Of a stretch of DNA of 64,000 nucleotides, positions 39,074-47,807 are shown piece by piece. Source of the DNA: a virus (lineage: Duplodnaviria; Caudoviricetes). Position numbers and translations under genes: made by a program. The notes under the pieces are model-generated. The model saw only the letters and a list, made by a program, of their open reading frames with translations. It had not been told where the DNA came from and searched no databases. Where the stretch lies: positions 96,001-160,000 of the IMG/VR virus record IMGVR_UViG_3300020577_008610. The stretch is one strand, 5' to 3'. Position 1 is the first letter of the stretch. Every line of letters begins with the position of its first letter.

Positions 39074-39394
39074 TTACTCATGGTCCTGCGAATCAGAGAT
39101 CGTTCGTGTGCCCGACGAACCTGGCGAGACATTTTCGAGAGAGGCGCTTGAGCCATTGCAATTCACTTCCTTTTCGAATTCCTCAGAGGACTCATCCAGT
39201 TCTTTCCGAATCTGTTCGGCTAGAACAATAATAGCCCGAGCTGTTTGGTGGTCAGCTTTTGCCACAATGTAACCGTCCGAAGCCGTTACCTCTTCCGCCC
39301 AGTCCGACTCAACCCTCCAGGGCAATGGATGTTCCAGCACTTGTTGCAACACCAAGACTCGAAGCATCCTGTTGGGCAATTCGTCTGACTCCAT
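39074..39394 (-). CDS. Hypothetical protein
   Basis: HPLPW motif; operon context. Confidence 0.5.
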   Translation of the reverse strand: MESDELPNRMLRVLVLQQVLEHPLPWRVESDWAEEVTASDGYIVAKADHQTARAIIVLAEQIRKELDESSEEFEKEVNCNGSSASLENVSPGSSGTRTISDSQDHE

Positions 39395-39634
39395 GCCAGA
39401 AACCTAACACACCCTAGGCATCCATTCCACCTTTTTTCGTATGTTTCCACCACGTCTTGAAAATAGACTCGTCGATACCAAGGTAGTCCCAGAGAGATGA
39501 CTCTCCCCCGAACTCTTGCCACTCTTTCACCAGCTCCTCCAGGCTGTCGTTGCAATATATCTGGTCAGGAGGTTGTGACGAAACAGAAGGATAGGTGGAG
39601 ATAGAATCGGAAGCGTCTGTCATTATCAACCTAG

Positions 39635-39723
39635 CGGAAGAGGGGAGATTCGAACTCCCATAGGCTTTCTGGGCCTAACCTCAATTTTCGAGACTGGTAC
39701 AATAACCGTTCTGTCACTCTTCC
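39635..39723 (-). tRNA. tRNA-Ser(CGA)
   Basis: Cloverleaf, long variable arm, G73. Confidence 0.88.
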
Positions 39724-39894
39724 GTAAGGGTAACTATGCGATTCAAGAACAACCATTCTTACGCTGCTGTTGCTAAATCGCTAATGATTTCGCCCTATAT
39801 TATGCAGGCTGCAATTGAGCTAAAAGCGATAACTCTGTTCAGACCTTTGCTGAATGGGTAGGGCGTTTGGTCCAAAGGAAACGATTGCGGAGCC

Positions 39895-40647
39895 TTACTC
39901 AGGTGGAAGTCCAAGCACTGCACGACAACGATTGTTGGCGACTTTGGCATCCTCAACCGAAGCCTCACAGCCTAGAAATCTACGTTTCAAAGAGAGAGCT
40001 GATACTCCGGTGGTTCCCCAGCCAGCAAAGCAATCAACCACCAAATCATCCACATTGGAATGGGTTTCAATCAACCTATTCAGCAATGGAATTGGCTTCT
40101 GAGCTTGTCTCTCGGGTCGTTGAAGTTCCGGAATGTCTGTCCAGACATTGCTGACACGTTTGAACTCGCTCTTTGCCGGATACTTTTTTGAAAAACCCGC
40201 ATATCCCCGTTTGATGTTGGTCAAGGGGATGTTGAAGGTCACCTTGGTTCGCTCGGGTGACATGCTGTACCATGCAATCTCCTCCCGGCAGAAGAGATAG
40301 TCATGAGATTTGCCATAGGCTCTCCTTTTGCCCCAGGTAATGAGATTGCGATAGTGAAAAAGGTTTTTCTCCTCGATCTTTTGGAGGAGCGAAAAGAACG
40401 GTCTTTCTTCGTGCTTCCCAATACCTCCAAAGAAGATAATGGAACCGTTCTCTTTCATCTTGGGCTTTACAGCTTCTAGAAGCCTGTACATCCAGTCAAC
40501 GTAATCTTTTACAGATTTCCATTGATTGTCCCAGGAGTCCTCTACAATACCCATGTACGGAGGATCCGTCAAGAACAGATCCACAGAATTATCCTGGAGA
40601 GTCTTGATAAAATCGAGGCAGTCCTGGGCGGTGATGTAGGTGGTCAT
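39895..40647 (-). CDS. DNA N6-A/N4-C methyltransferase (beta class)
   Basis: TDPPY, NVW, QKP, DCFAGWGTT. Confidence 0.92.
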   Translation of the reverse strand: MTTYITAQDCLDFIKTLQDNSVDLFLTDPPYMGIVEDSWDNQWKSVKDYVDWMYRLLEAVKPKMKENGSIIFFGGIGKHEERPFFSLLQKIEEKNLFHYRNLITWGKRRAYGKSHDYLFCREEIAWYSMSPERTKVTFNIPLTNIKRGYAGFSKKYPAKSEFKRVSNVWTDIPELQRPERQAQKPIPLLNRLIETHSNVDDLVVDCFAGWGTTGVSALSLKRRFLGCEASVEDAKVANNRCRAVLGLPPE

Positions 40648-40961
40648 AGCATTGTTTTGATCTTGCATGCCGAAATGTCCGTGTAAACAACAAATTCATG
40701 CGGGATGATGATGTTGTCTGTTGTTATGTGAGGGTGCACTTCCAGTGCCTCGCAATCTACCTCTAATCCGACCCACATTCCAAGATAACAGGCAGACCCT
40801 AGTTGCCTAATGGGCACTATAAGATCATCAGTAAGGAAGATTCTGGGTGGATTCCATTCTCTTTTAATGCCGATTCCGCCCTGGCCGCAGCGTTCCAGAA
40901 GCAATCCGTGAAGAAGAATGGATGCAATGTTTGCCCTGCGGGTAAGATGGTAAAGAATCAT
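40644..40961 (-). CDS. ADP-ribosyltransferase-fold protein
   Basis: LYHLT..NIASIL.HGL, IFLT, HEFVV. Confidence 0.6.
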   Translation of the reverse strand: MILYHLTRRANIASILLHGLLLERCGQGGIGIKREWNPPRIFLTDDLIVPIRQLGSACYLGMWVGLEVDCEALEVHPHITTDNIIIPHEFVVYTDISACKIKTML

Positions 40962-41212
40962 GGATCCAGTCCTTGGAGATTGCCTGTTCCATTGCAGGTT
41001 TTACAGATGCCATCACCGAAAGTGGGTCTTCCGTAACCTCGGCATTCCTTGCAAATGCAGGTCTTGGCCAGATTCATCATCCGGTCAAAAGTTTCTTCAT
41101 CTGATTCGTGGATGAGGCGAATCATTGCCAGCTTGGTTCGCATCCGTTCCAACAGCTCAAGTTGACTGACAATACTCTTGAGTTCCTTCAAGGCCTTCAA
41201 GGCATCGTTCAT
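40958..41212 (-). CDS. Small protein with DnaJ-type Zn finger
   Basis: CKECRGYG..CKTCNGTG. Confidence 0.6.
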   Translation of the reverse strand: MNDALKALKELKSIVSQLELLERMRTKLAMIRLIHESDEETFDRMMNLAKTCICKECRGYGRPTFGDGICKTCNGTGNLQGLDP

Positions 41213-41784
41213 GGCACAGCCGGTTTCATGCCGCCAAGATCTTTTAGCATGACCTTGAGCAAAGCATAGGTCAACTCGACATCCACCTTGGCATCGTGAT
41301 TGCCAGAGGGATTAATGCCGTAATGGAGGCACAGCTTGGCAAGAGATCCGTTGTTGTCATTTGGAATCTTCCCCAGAAGCTGAAGAGTTTGTCCCAAAAC
41401 AGAGGTGTCAAGCCACCTGTGACCACAAAAAGCTTTCCAGTCGGGAACAAGCTTTTGAGCAAACCTAACATCCAGGTTGATGTTGTGCCCCGAAGGAATC
41501 AACTTGCTGTTAGTTGGGCAGTTCAGCAACAAAAAGTCACGGAGTTTTTGTTGCGCTTCCAACTCTGGAATGGCTTCGGCGTCATGCTTCAAAAGGTCGA
41601 TCTTGTTGACCCTCAGAGCATCAATATCAACCACGTAACGGCCGTTGGGCGGACGGATCTTCAGGTCAATGACGTCGAGCTCCTCTAACTTTTCATTAAG
41701 AACCATGCCGTAGAGAGTGAACAAAGAGACTTCTTTCTCCTCAAGACCACCAGTTTCAACATCGAACAGGAAAAATCGTTTCAT
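41209..41784 (-). CDS. DEDDh 3'-5' exonuclease (DnaQ-like)
   Basis: FDVETGG, GHNINLD, LDT, HDAKVD. Confidence 0.9.
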   Translation of the reverse strand: MKRFFLFDVETGGLEEKEVSLFTLYGMVLNEKLEELDVIDLKIRPPNGRYVVDIDALRVNKIDLLKHDAEAIPELEAQQKLRDFLLLNCPTNSKLIPSGHNINLDVRFAQKLVPDWKAFCGHRWLDTSVLGQTLQLLGKIPNDNNGSLAKLCLHYGINPSGNHDAKVDVELTYALLKVMLKDLGGMKPAVP

Positions 41785-42094
41785 GGCCCACCAAAGATAG
41801 CACTTCTTTGAGGGACATAGCACCTATTTTCCGTTGCACCTCGTTACCCTTGTCGTATAGGACCAACGTAGGAAGCCCACGGACATCCTCCTCTTTTGTC
41901 AGGGAGTAGGATTCATCACAGTCCACATACCTGATTGACACCTTGCCAGCCAGAAGAGGGACAGCTTGATCTAGGATGAGCTTGAGTCTTTTGCAAGGAG
42001 CACACCATTCAGCTCCAAACAAGACTAGAATAGGAATAGGAGAGGATTTGATGGTGGAGATGAAGTTCTCCGGGGTAAGTTCAGGAAGGAGCAT
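41756..42094 (-). CDS. Thioredoxin
   Basis: WCAPC, RGLPTL. Confidence 0.9.
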   Translation of the reverse strand: MLLPELTPENFISTIKSSPIPILVLFGAEWCAPCKRLKLILDQAVPLLAGKVSIRYVDCDESYSLTKEEDVRGLPTLVLYDKGNEVQRKIGAMSLKEVLSLVGHETIFPVRC

Positions 42095-42123
42095 AGGGGT
42101 AAATATACCCCATGCCTCGGGTC

Positions 42124-42819
42124 TCAGTCCTTCTTGTAGCTGGTGCCATTAAAGAGACGGAGGATGTGGATGAAAAGGTTGATGAAATCGAGGTAAACCT
42201 CAAGAGCCATGTCCAAAGCAGCTAAAGCGGTCTGACTCTCCATTCCCTTCTTCCGGATGGCCTGGGCGTCGAAGATGGCCAAACCTGTGAACAACAGGAC
42301 AGCTACGCCAGAGATCAGGTAGCCCATAGGCTGGGAATGAATGAACAAGTTGATTACCATAGTTGCAATCAAACCCAACAAGCCAAAAAACAGCCATAAA
42401 CCCCAACTATCCAAATTTTTCTTGGTGGCAAAACCGTAGAAACTTGCTGCTCCAAAGATCCCAGCAGAAGCCAAAAAGGCCAACAACACAGTAGCTGAAC
42501 TGTACCGAATCAACAAGCCCGAGAGCGTAAGGCCGTTCAAAACAGTATAAGCTCCCATTAATGCTAACCCGGTAGCCAGAGAGAGATTTTTTCTTAGCCT
42601 GGAATAGGCTACTACAAGGCACAGCTCCACCGTCAACAGGGCAACAAATACCCACAAGTGAGTTAGTAGCCACTGGACAGCACCGACTGCTAGTGCTACG
42701 CCAGAGGTTCCAGCGGTTACCAACAGCATTCCTGTCATCCAGGTATAGACTTTTGCCCCAAAATTTGCAAGCACCTCTGAAGTGGGGGCTGAGCTCTGTC
42801 GATACACATTCGTTTCCAT
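42124..42819 (-). CDS. Bax inhibitor-1/YccA family membrane protein
   Basis: About 7 TM helices; FDAQ.I; AL.VYLDFINLF. Confidence 0.9.
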   Translation of the reverse strand: METNVYRQSSAPTSEVLANFGAKVYTWMTGMLLVTAGTSGVALAVGAVQWLLTHLWVFVALLTVELCLVVAYSRLRKNLSLATGLALMGAYTVLNGLTLSGLLIRYSSATVLLAFLASAGIFGAASFYGFATKKNLDSWGLWLFFGLLGLIATMVINLFIHSQPMGYLISGVAVLLFTGLAIFDAQAIRKKGMESQTALAALDMALEVYLDFINLFIHILRLFNGTSYKKD

Positions 42820-42874
42820 GAGTTGAGAATTCCTTTTGAAGGAAGTGTAGCGCAATTCAAGTTGAATTTCAACT

Positions 42875-43603
42875 TCATTCTTCTGTTGGCTCAGGATCTC
42901 CTGACCTTCGAATGGAGAACATGCGATCTGGCAGGAACCTTGTGTACCCGTCAGCAGTGTGGTTAAGCAAAGTGATGGAGTAACAACTCCAAGAGGAGGT
43001 GGTGTAGAACCTGGGCTTGTTTAGGAGCTTCTTTCGGATAACCAGTCCCTTGGTCTTCTGGAATAGAATCAGGTCTCCTTTGGAAACTGACTCGTATTTC
43101 ATGATTTCTGTGACGGGAACAAGCTCCCAGGGGTTGAAGAACCACATGGTCTCGTGGCCCTCAGCCGTCTTAGGATTCCAGGGATTGATGGGTTTGAGTT
43201 GCTTGGTCTCTGGATCCACCTGGAAGCCCTTGTAGAGCTTCAAACCCACCGAGACGACCCGGAGGTTGGTTCGTGCTCCAAGACGCTTCCTTGCCATTCT
43301 CAGAGTCTCCTGGACGTTGTTCTTGTCCACAAGGGTGAGGGCCCCGGCAATCCGGACAACGTAGTGGGTTACCTCTCCGACATAAGCGACTGTTGTATCC
43401 TTGGAGGTGTCTCCCAATTGAAGGGAAGAAAACAGGTCGTGGGGCTTTCTCTCAAAAGCTCCAAAGTGATCGTATCTATCTGATTTCCTGGCTTTAGTCC
43501 AGGAAAACTCAAACTGGAAGGTGCTGCCAACGGGAACAATGGCTGCTGTGGCCAAAATTCTAGGTCGAACCAGTGTTCCTAATGTTTCAGGTCTGAATCT
43601 CAT
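42875..43603 (-). CDS. Hypothetical protein
   Basis: 242-aa ORF. Confidence 0.65.
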   Translation of the reverse strand: MRFRPETLGTLVRPRILATAAIVPVGSTFQFEFSWTKARKSDRYDHFGAFERKPHDLFSSLQLGDTSKDTTVAYVGEVTHYVVRIAGALTLVDKNNVQETLRMARKRLGARTNLRVVSVGLKLYKGFQVDPETKQLKPINPWNPKTAEGHETMWFFNPWELVPVTEIMKYESVSKGDLILFQKTKGLVIRKKLLNKPRFYTTSSWSCYSITLLNHTADGYTRFLPDRMFSIRRSGDPEPTEE

Positions 43604-43663
43604 GGCCGCTGAAAATAGATAGGAGGAACCTACCGGTTCTCTGGCAGCTTGATTTCGATGATA

Positions 43664-43942
43664 TTACGAGTCTGAATCGGGCTGTGTTTTCGGCTTCTTC
43701 GCAAGCTTTTGAACAGGCTTGGGAGCTTCCGGTTCAGCAAGAGGGGTTCCATCCGGAAGAGATAGAGCCATGTCCTTCATTTCCTGAGGGATAAAAAACT
43801 CTCCAGCTTGTTCGATACGAGCAACAACTTCCTGGAATTGGGGCTTATTCTGAATTCCTTCTTGTCTGCACCAACGTTCAAATGACACCCTTCGACGGTT
43901 AAGAAGATGAAGCAGAGAGGTTGGGCCGGTGTTGGGTATCAT
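43664..43942 (-). CDS. Hypothetical protein
   Basis: ATGA-coupled in sigma operon. Confidence 0.65.
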   Translation of the reverse strand: MIPNTGPTSLLHLLNRRRVSFERWCRQEGIQNKPQFQEVVARIEQAGEFFIPQEMKDMALSLPDGTPLAEPEAPKPVQKLAKKPKTQPDSDS

Positions 43943-44247
43943 GGTGCTGTCTTTTCTTTCTTGATTTGATTGTGGATCTCGAAGAGTACATCCGAAAGAG
44001 CTTCGTGGACCTGCTGGTCTTTCAAAGTTCTCTTGATTTGCTCCTCGGTAATTGTAGCTCCCAGTTCTTCCGAGACGTTCTTAACTAGACGACCCAAGGA
44101 ATTCATGAGAACATTCCGTGCTGTAGCATGATTCATCTGGTAGCCCGCAGCCGACATGATTTCGGCAATCCGGCGAAAATCAGTGCCTTCCTCCAGGGTA
44201 ACGTACTTGGTGGCAGCAGTCTTGATAGTTTCTGGCGTCTTAGACAT
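43939..44247 (-). CDS. Probable HTH protein
   Basis: DFRRIAEIM..MNHATARN. Confidence 0.6.
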   Translation of the reverse strand: MSKTPETIKTAATKYVTLEEGTDFRRIAEIMSAAGYQMNHATARNVLMNSLGRLVKNVSEELGATITEEQIKRTLKDQQVHEALSDVLFEIHNQIKKEKTAP

Positions 44248-45061
44248 TGGATCCTTCTCCGGCAGAGTCTTGAATCGAAGGCACTTTTTGGATCACATCA
44301 TACCGCAAGAGAATGATATTCCTTTCTCGTTCTGGTAGCTTCAGAAGAGCTCTTTTCACCACTTCAACCAAGGTATGGTAGTCGGAAACAGAATCGCTGC
44401 TAACATCCAACTCATCCACCAACAAGTCCTTGATGGAGAGACCAGTAGATATGCCTTTCCCATGCTGAGCAGGAATGGCGGTATCCATGGAGGAAATCCA
44501 CCTGGATTTCAGGGAGTGGTTGATGCTATTGAGCATTTTCTCGGAAACACCGAGTTCTGCCGCATTCCCCTCAACCAAATCCTTAAAGCCGAGATTCTTC
44601 TCCTTCATGGTCTTCAGAAGCTTGTTCTGAGCTGTCCGGATGTGTGAAGGTACATGGAGCTGAGGATCCTGGGAAAGAAGGTAGTTGTTGATAGCATGGC
44701 GTATCCACCACGTAGCGTAGGTACTGAACTTGAACCCACGGTGAGGGTCAAACTTCTCCACAGCTGACAACAAGCCGAAAGAACCCTCTTGGAGAAGATC
44801 TTCCCGAATACGTTGGTGTTCCTTCTTCTTGGAATAGAATTTGTTGACCACAAAAGTGACCAACTTGCAGTTCCGGTTCGCAAGAACATTCCTCAGATTC
44901 TTGTCTTGTTTCGCCAACTTGCCTTTGGCATCCAATTCTTTCGTCTCGGAATACCGGAAAAACAGCTTCATGTCCTCGTCTCGATCATCCAGATTCTTTG
45001 AAAGAGCCGTAGCCGCTGCTTGAGTTATCACTGATGTTGATGTTTGCTGATATGATTCCAT
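44240..45061 (-). CDS. Sigma70-family RNA polymerase sigma factor
   Basis: DLLQEG.FGLL.AVEKFDPHRGFKFSTYATWWIR; LPERER.II.LRY then ends. Confidence 0.93.
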   Translation of the reverse strand: MESYQQTSTSVITQAAATALSKNLDDRDEDMKLFFRYSETKELDAKGKLAKQDKNLRNVLANRNCKLVTFVVNKFYSKKKEHQRIREDLLQEGSFGLLSAVEKFDPHRGFKFSTYATWWIRHAINNYLLSQDPQLHVPSHIRTAQNKLLKTMKEKNLGFKDLVEGNAAELGVSEKMLNSINHSLKSRWISSMDTAIPAQHGKGISTGLSIKDLLVDELDVSSDSVSDYHTLVEVVKRALLKLPERERNIILLRYDVIQKVPSIQDSAGEGSNV

Positions 45062-45518
45062 CCCTGTTTTTCCTGCCCTTTCGAGGCCTTGCTGCCCAGT
45101 TCATATAGGATGTAAGGCACTCTGCTCGGATCTTCTCAAACTTTGCCTCATTGATCCTGAGGCAAAGACTCCTTGCCAACTTTTTTCCAACCTCCCAGGC
45201 TTCAATCTCCTCTTGCACCTTTGCAATTTTGTATGTAACGGTTGCATACCTCAGAGGTTTCCGAACCAACTCCGGATATCTGTCCTGGTAAGTAAAATCA
45301 CACTCCAACATCCATGCATGACCAATTTCATGCAGGAAGATGTAGTAGAGGATTTCAAGCTTTCGTTGTGCATATAGGGTTATCACCTTATCATGGTACT
45401 GATTCTTCCTTTTGTTTGAATACTCTATCCTCCAGGAATGCTGAGAGCAGAACTCAGTCAGACGCTTAATACTCGCCTGGATCTCCTCTTGGCCTAGTTC
45501 GATAGGAAAAAGTGCCAT
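44985..45518 (-). CDS. HExxH metallopeptidase-like protein
   Basis: FLHEIGH..EEIEAW. Confidence 0.65.
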   Translation of the reverse strand: MALFPIELGQEEIQASIKRLTEFCSQHSWRIEYSNKRKNQYHDKVITLYAQRKLEILYYIFLHEIGHAWMLECDFTYQDRYPELVRKPLRYATVTYKIAKVQEEIEAWEVGKKLARSLCLRINEAKFEKIRAECLTSYMNWAARPRKGRKNRDGIISANINISDNSSSGYGSFKESG

Positions 45519-45650
45519 ATGAATAACCTTAAATGTAGCAAGCCCTACATCCCCTTGGGCCATAGAGCAACCTACCATACATGCACTGTCATATAAACCA
45601 ATTTAACCGGACTGAATTTAACTCTTCTCCTTTCTTCCCTCCTCCCCCCC

Positions 45651-45667
45651 TCTTGGTTATCCTCCAC
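45651..45667 (+). repeat. Dispersed intergenic motif, copy 3 (17-nt core)
   Basis: TCTTGGTTATCCTCCAC after a pyrimidine tract. Confidence 0.7.
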
Positions 45668-45805
45668 CACCATGGAAAGTCTGGAAAAAGATTGGCAAAA
45701 GCAACAAAACCTAGAAGTTACGCTTTGAAGTTTTCATCGGAATGCTATTCTGACTTGACGTGGGGGTGTTGGTGGTTAAGATGGGTTGTGCAAGGAGAAA
45801 ATCAC

Positions 45806-46066
45806 ATGACAACCCTGATTACCGACAAGCTTAAGGCCCTCGGAGGCCGTTGGGACTCGGCCCGCAAGGGCTGGATGGTCCCGGACGAAAAGGCTACTGA
45901 AGCCCAGGAGCTGGTAAACTCGGCATTCGGACGTCTTCTGGGTTCTGTACACGGTGTGGAGACGATTGTGGTGGTACGGCCTACCACTGCAACTATGAGT
46001 AAGGTGTTTCCTACTCACAAAAGGTTCAGTCGGTGTGACACTTTGGCTTCGGAGATGCTCCCTTAG
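45806..46066 (+). CDS. Small hypothetical protein (KALGGRWD..W motif)
   Basis: TTGACG..TAAGAT promoter, AGGAG RBS. Confidence 0.65.
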   Translation: MTTLITDKLKALGGRWDSARKGWMVPDEKATEAQELVNSAFGRLLGSVHGVETIVVVRPTTATMSKVFPTHKRFSRCDTLASEMLP

Positions 46067-46129
46067 CTCAGTGGTTAGAGCAGCCGCCTTCAAATCGGTT
46101 GGTCGTGGGTTCAAATCCTACAGGGAGCG
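46057..46129 (+). tRNA. Opal suppressor tRNA (anticodon TCA)
   Basis: Acceptor GCTCCCT/AGGGAGC, D GCTC/GAGC, loop CT-TCA-AA (46090-46092), short variable loop, G73. Confidence 0.85.
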
Positions 46130-46133
46130 CAAG

Positions 46134-46595
46134 ATGCGTAAAACATGGACTTCATTTAAAGATGACGAATTCATCCCTATTGTCGATGAGGCCCTTCAAG
46201 AGTTGACCAGAGAAGAGTGTGACCTCGAAAAGGAGCCAAATTTGTCCTACATGTTTTCCCGTTATCCCAAATGGGAAAAGGTAAATCTTCTCTATGTGTG
46301 CAAAAATGCTAAGAATGGGAGCAAGAAAGGGATCATCAATCTTGATGTCGCCGACAGCATTGTCCTTCTTGACAAGGAATGCCTTGTTGTCAATTATTGC
46401 AAAGTAGTAGCTTTTGAGCCTCGCAGCGAATGGGTTGTGTTCAATTACATAGTCCAAGCCCACTGGAAAGAGGGTAAACTTCAAGTTTGTGCTGATATTG
46501 CCCCAAAAGATGAAGATTTGGAAGAACTTGACCCTCTGTTTGAACATTACTTGAGCTTGGAAGAAACGACCACACGTTGCGTGTGCAAGACATGA
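46134..46595 (+). CDS. Hypothetical protein
   Basis: ORF directly after the tRNA. Confidence 0.55.
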   Translation: MRKTWTSFKDDEFIPIVDEALQELTREECDLEKEPNLSYMFSRYPKWEKVNLLYVCKNAKNGSKKGIINLDVADSIVLLDKECLVVNYCKVVAFEPRSEWVVFNYIVQAHWKEGKLQVCADIAPKDEDLEELDPLFEHYLSLEETTTRCVCKT

Positions 46596-46828
46596 TGGTT
46601 ACCATGCTCATCCAGCTCAAAGGCAAGACCAAGACATAGATGAGGTGAAAGAAGCTGCTGGACTTTTGAATTGCTACAAGCTAGACATCAATGACCCCAA
46701 AGTCCAAAAGGTATTCCATGACTTTGGTGGTCAATTTGACATCAAGCAAAAAACCATTTTTACGATTAGCTCATACGAGAAGCAACACCGGAGCCCGGGA
46801 ATGGGCCAAGAAGGGAAGAGAGAAGAAT

Positions 46829-47194
46829 ATGGCATCCAGCAAAAAAACCAAAAAACGTACTTTTGCCTGCGGACATAAAGGTTATGGCATTTTGTGTCAC
46901 CGATGTGCCCAGGCAAATGACCTGGAGACTAAGGCTAATGAGTTGGCCCAAGCAATCAAGGCTCAGGCGAAAACCCTCCCCGCCTTCGTAGTGGTCCAAA
47001 AGGCCGCCAAGGCTACGGAGACGGCTCCGGAATTGGAGTCGGGCATTCTGATCAAGGGTGGGGGTCAGCGCATCTTCATCGGGACCAATAACAAGGACCA
47101 GGAGACAGCCCTGACCCAGGCTGTGGCTACCATGCGGGAGCATGCTACCCGCCTGGAGGCACGGCCAGAGAACAAGGTTCGTGTCTTCTCGTAA
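46829..47194 (+). CDS. Hypothetical Zn-binding protein
   Basis: CGH.G.G..CHRC. Confidence 0.65.
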   Translation: MASSKKTKKRTFACGHKGYGILCHRCAQANDLETKANELAQAIKAQAKTLPAFVVVQKAAKATETAPELESGILIKGGGQRIFIGTNNKDQETALTQAVATMREHATRLEARPENKVRVFS

Positions 47195-47374
47195 CTGGGA
47201 TGACTCCGGCATTATCTGGGTATAATAGCAAATGTCGATGAATCCTCCTTGCGGAACCTTGATTGAGGGTGAAGACCCTGCTCTGACCATGAAAAAAGAA
47301 TTGGAAATCGACAATAACTGAAGGCAGCCGATATCTATCGGCGCTACTCTTGAAAGGTTGACAAAACGATACAT

Positions 47375-47463
47375 GGAGAGTTGCTAGAGCCGGGCAATAG
47401 TCCTGTTTGCTAAACAGAGGACAGCCTTAATTGGCTGCGGGGGTTCGAGTCCCTCACTCTCCG
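47375..47463 (+). tRNA. tRNA-Ser(GCT)
   Basis: GGAGAG/CTCTCC acceptor, TT-GCT-AA, long arm. Confidence 0.88.
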
Positions 47464-47471
47464 CTAAGAAA

Positions 47472-47505
47472 GAAACTCCAGGATCTTCGGGTTCTGGAGT
47501 TTTTA
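47472..47505 (+). terminator. Intrinsic terminator
   Basis: AAACTCCAGGATC-TTCG-GGTTCTGGAGTTT plus T-run. Confidence 0.85.
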
Positions 47506-47807
47506 CATTTGAACTTTAGTGATTAGTTTGCTCGTCAAGACCGAAAGGGATGTCAAAGAGGCTTTTCCTCAACAGGAAGCCAAGTATGCCCGTAGGCTTG
47601 CCCAGAAGGCGCAGGAAGCCGAGTTCAAGGATCTGAAGGACTATCCCATCTCCCTCCAGCTTTCGAGCCCTGGAAGGACTCCCAGACTCAAGGAAGAATA
47701 CCTCGGAGACCTTACCTTCGATGCTTTCAGGGAGCGAAGGGCAATTGGAAGGAAGTGAGCGGCTATCTTGAGAATCGTTCTCAGGGTGAGAAAATCCAAG
47801 GGGGAAA

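Noticed and set aside
38236-39231. Long + strand ORFs (also 23801-24478, 50960-51598, 61345-62031)
   Set aside because: Antisense shadows of better-supported genes; no motifs
46057-46129. tRNA-Sec
   Set aside because: 7-bp acceptor, 4-bp D stem and short variable loop; lacks SelC architecture
46592-46878. Second read-through gene next to the suppressor tRNA
   Set aside because: The break is a frameshift with TAG in the first frame, not an in-frame TGA; no family motif to anchor it
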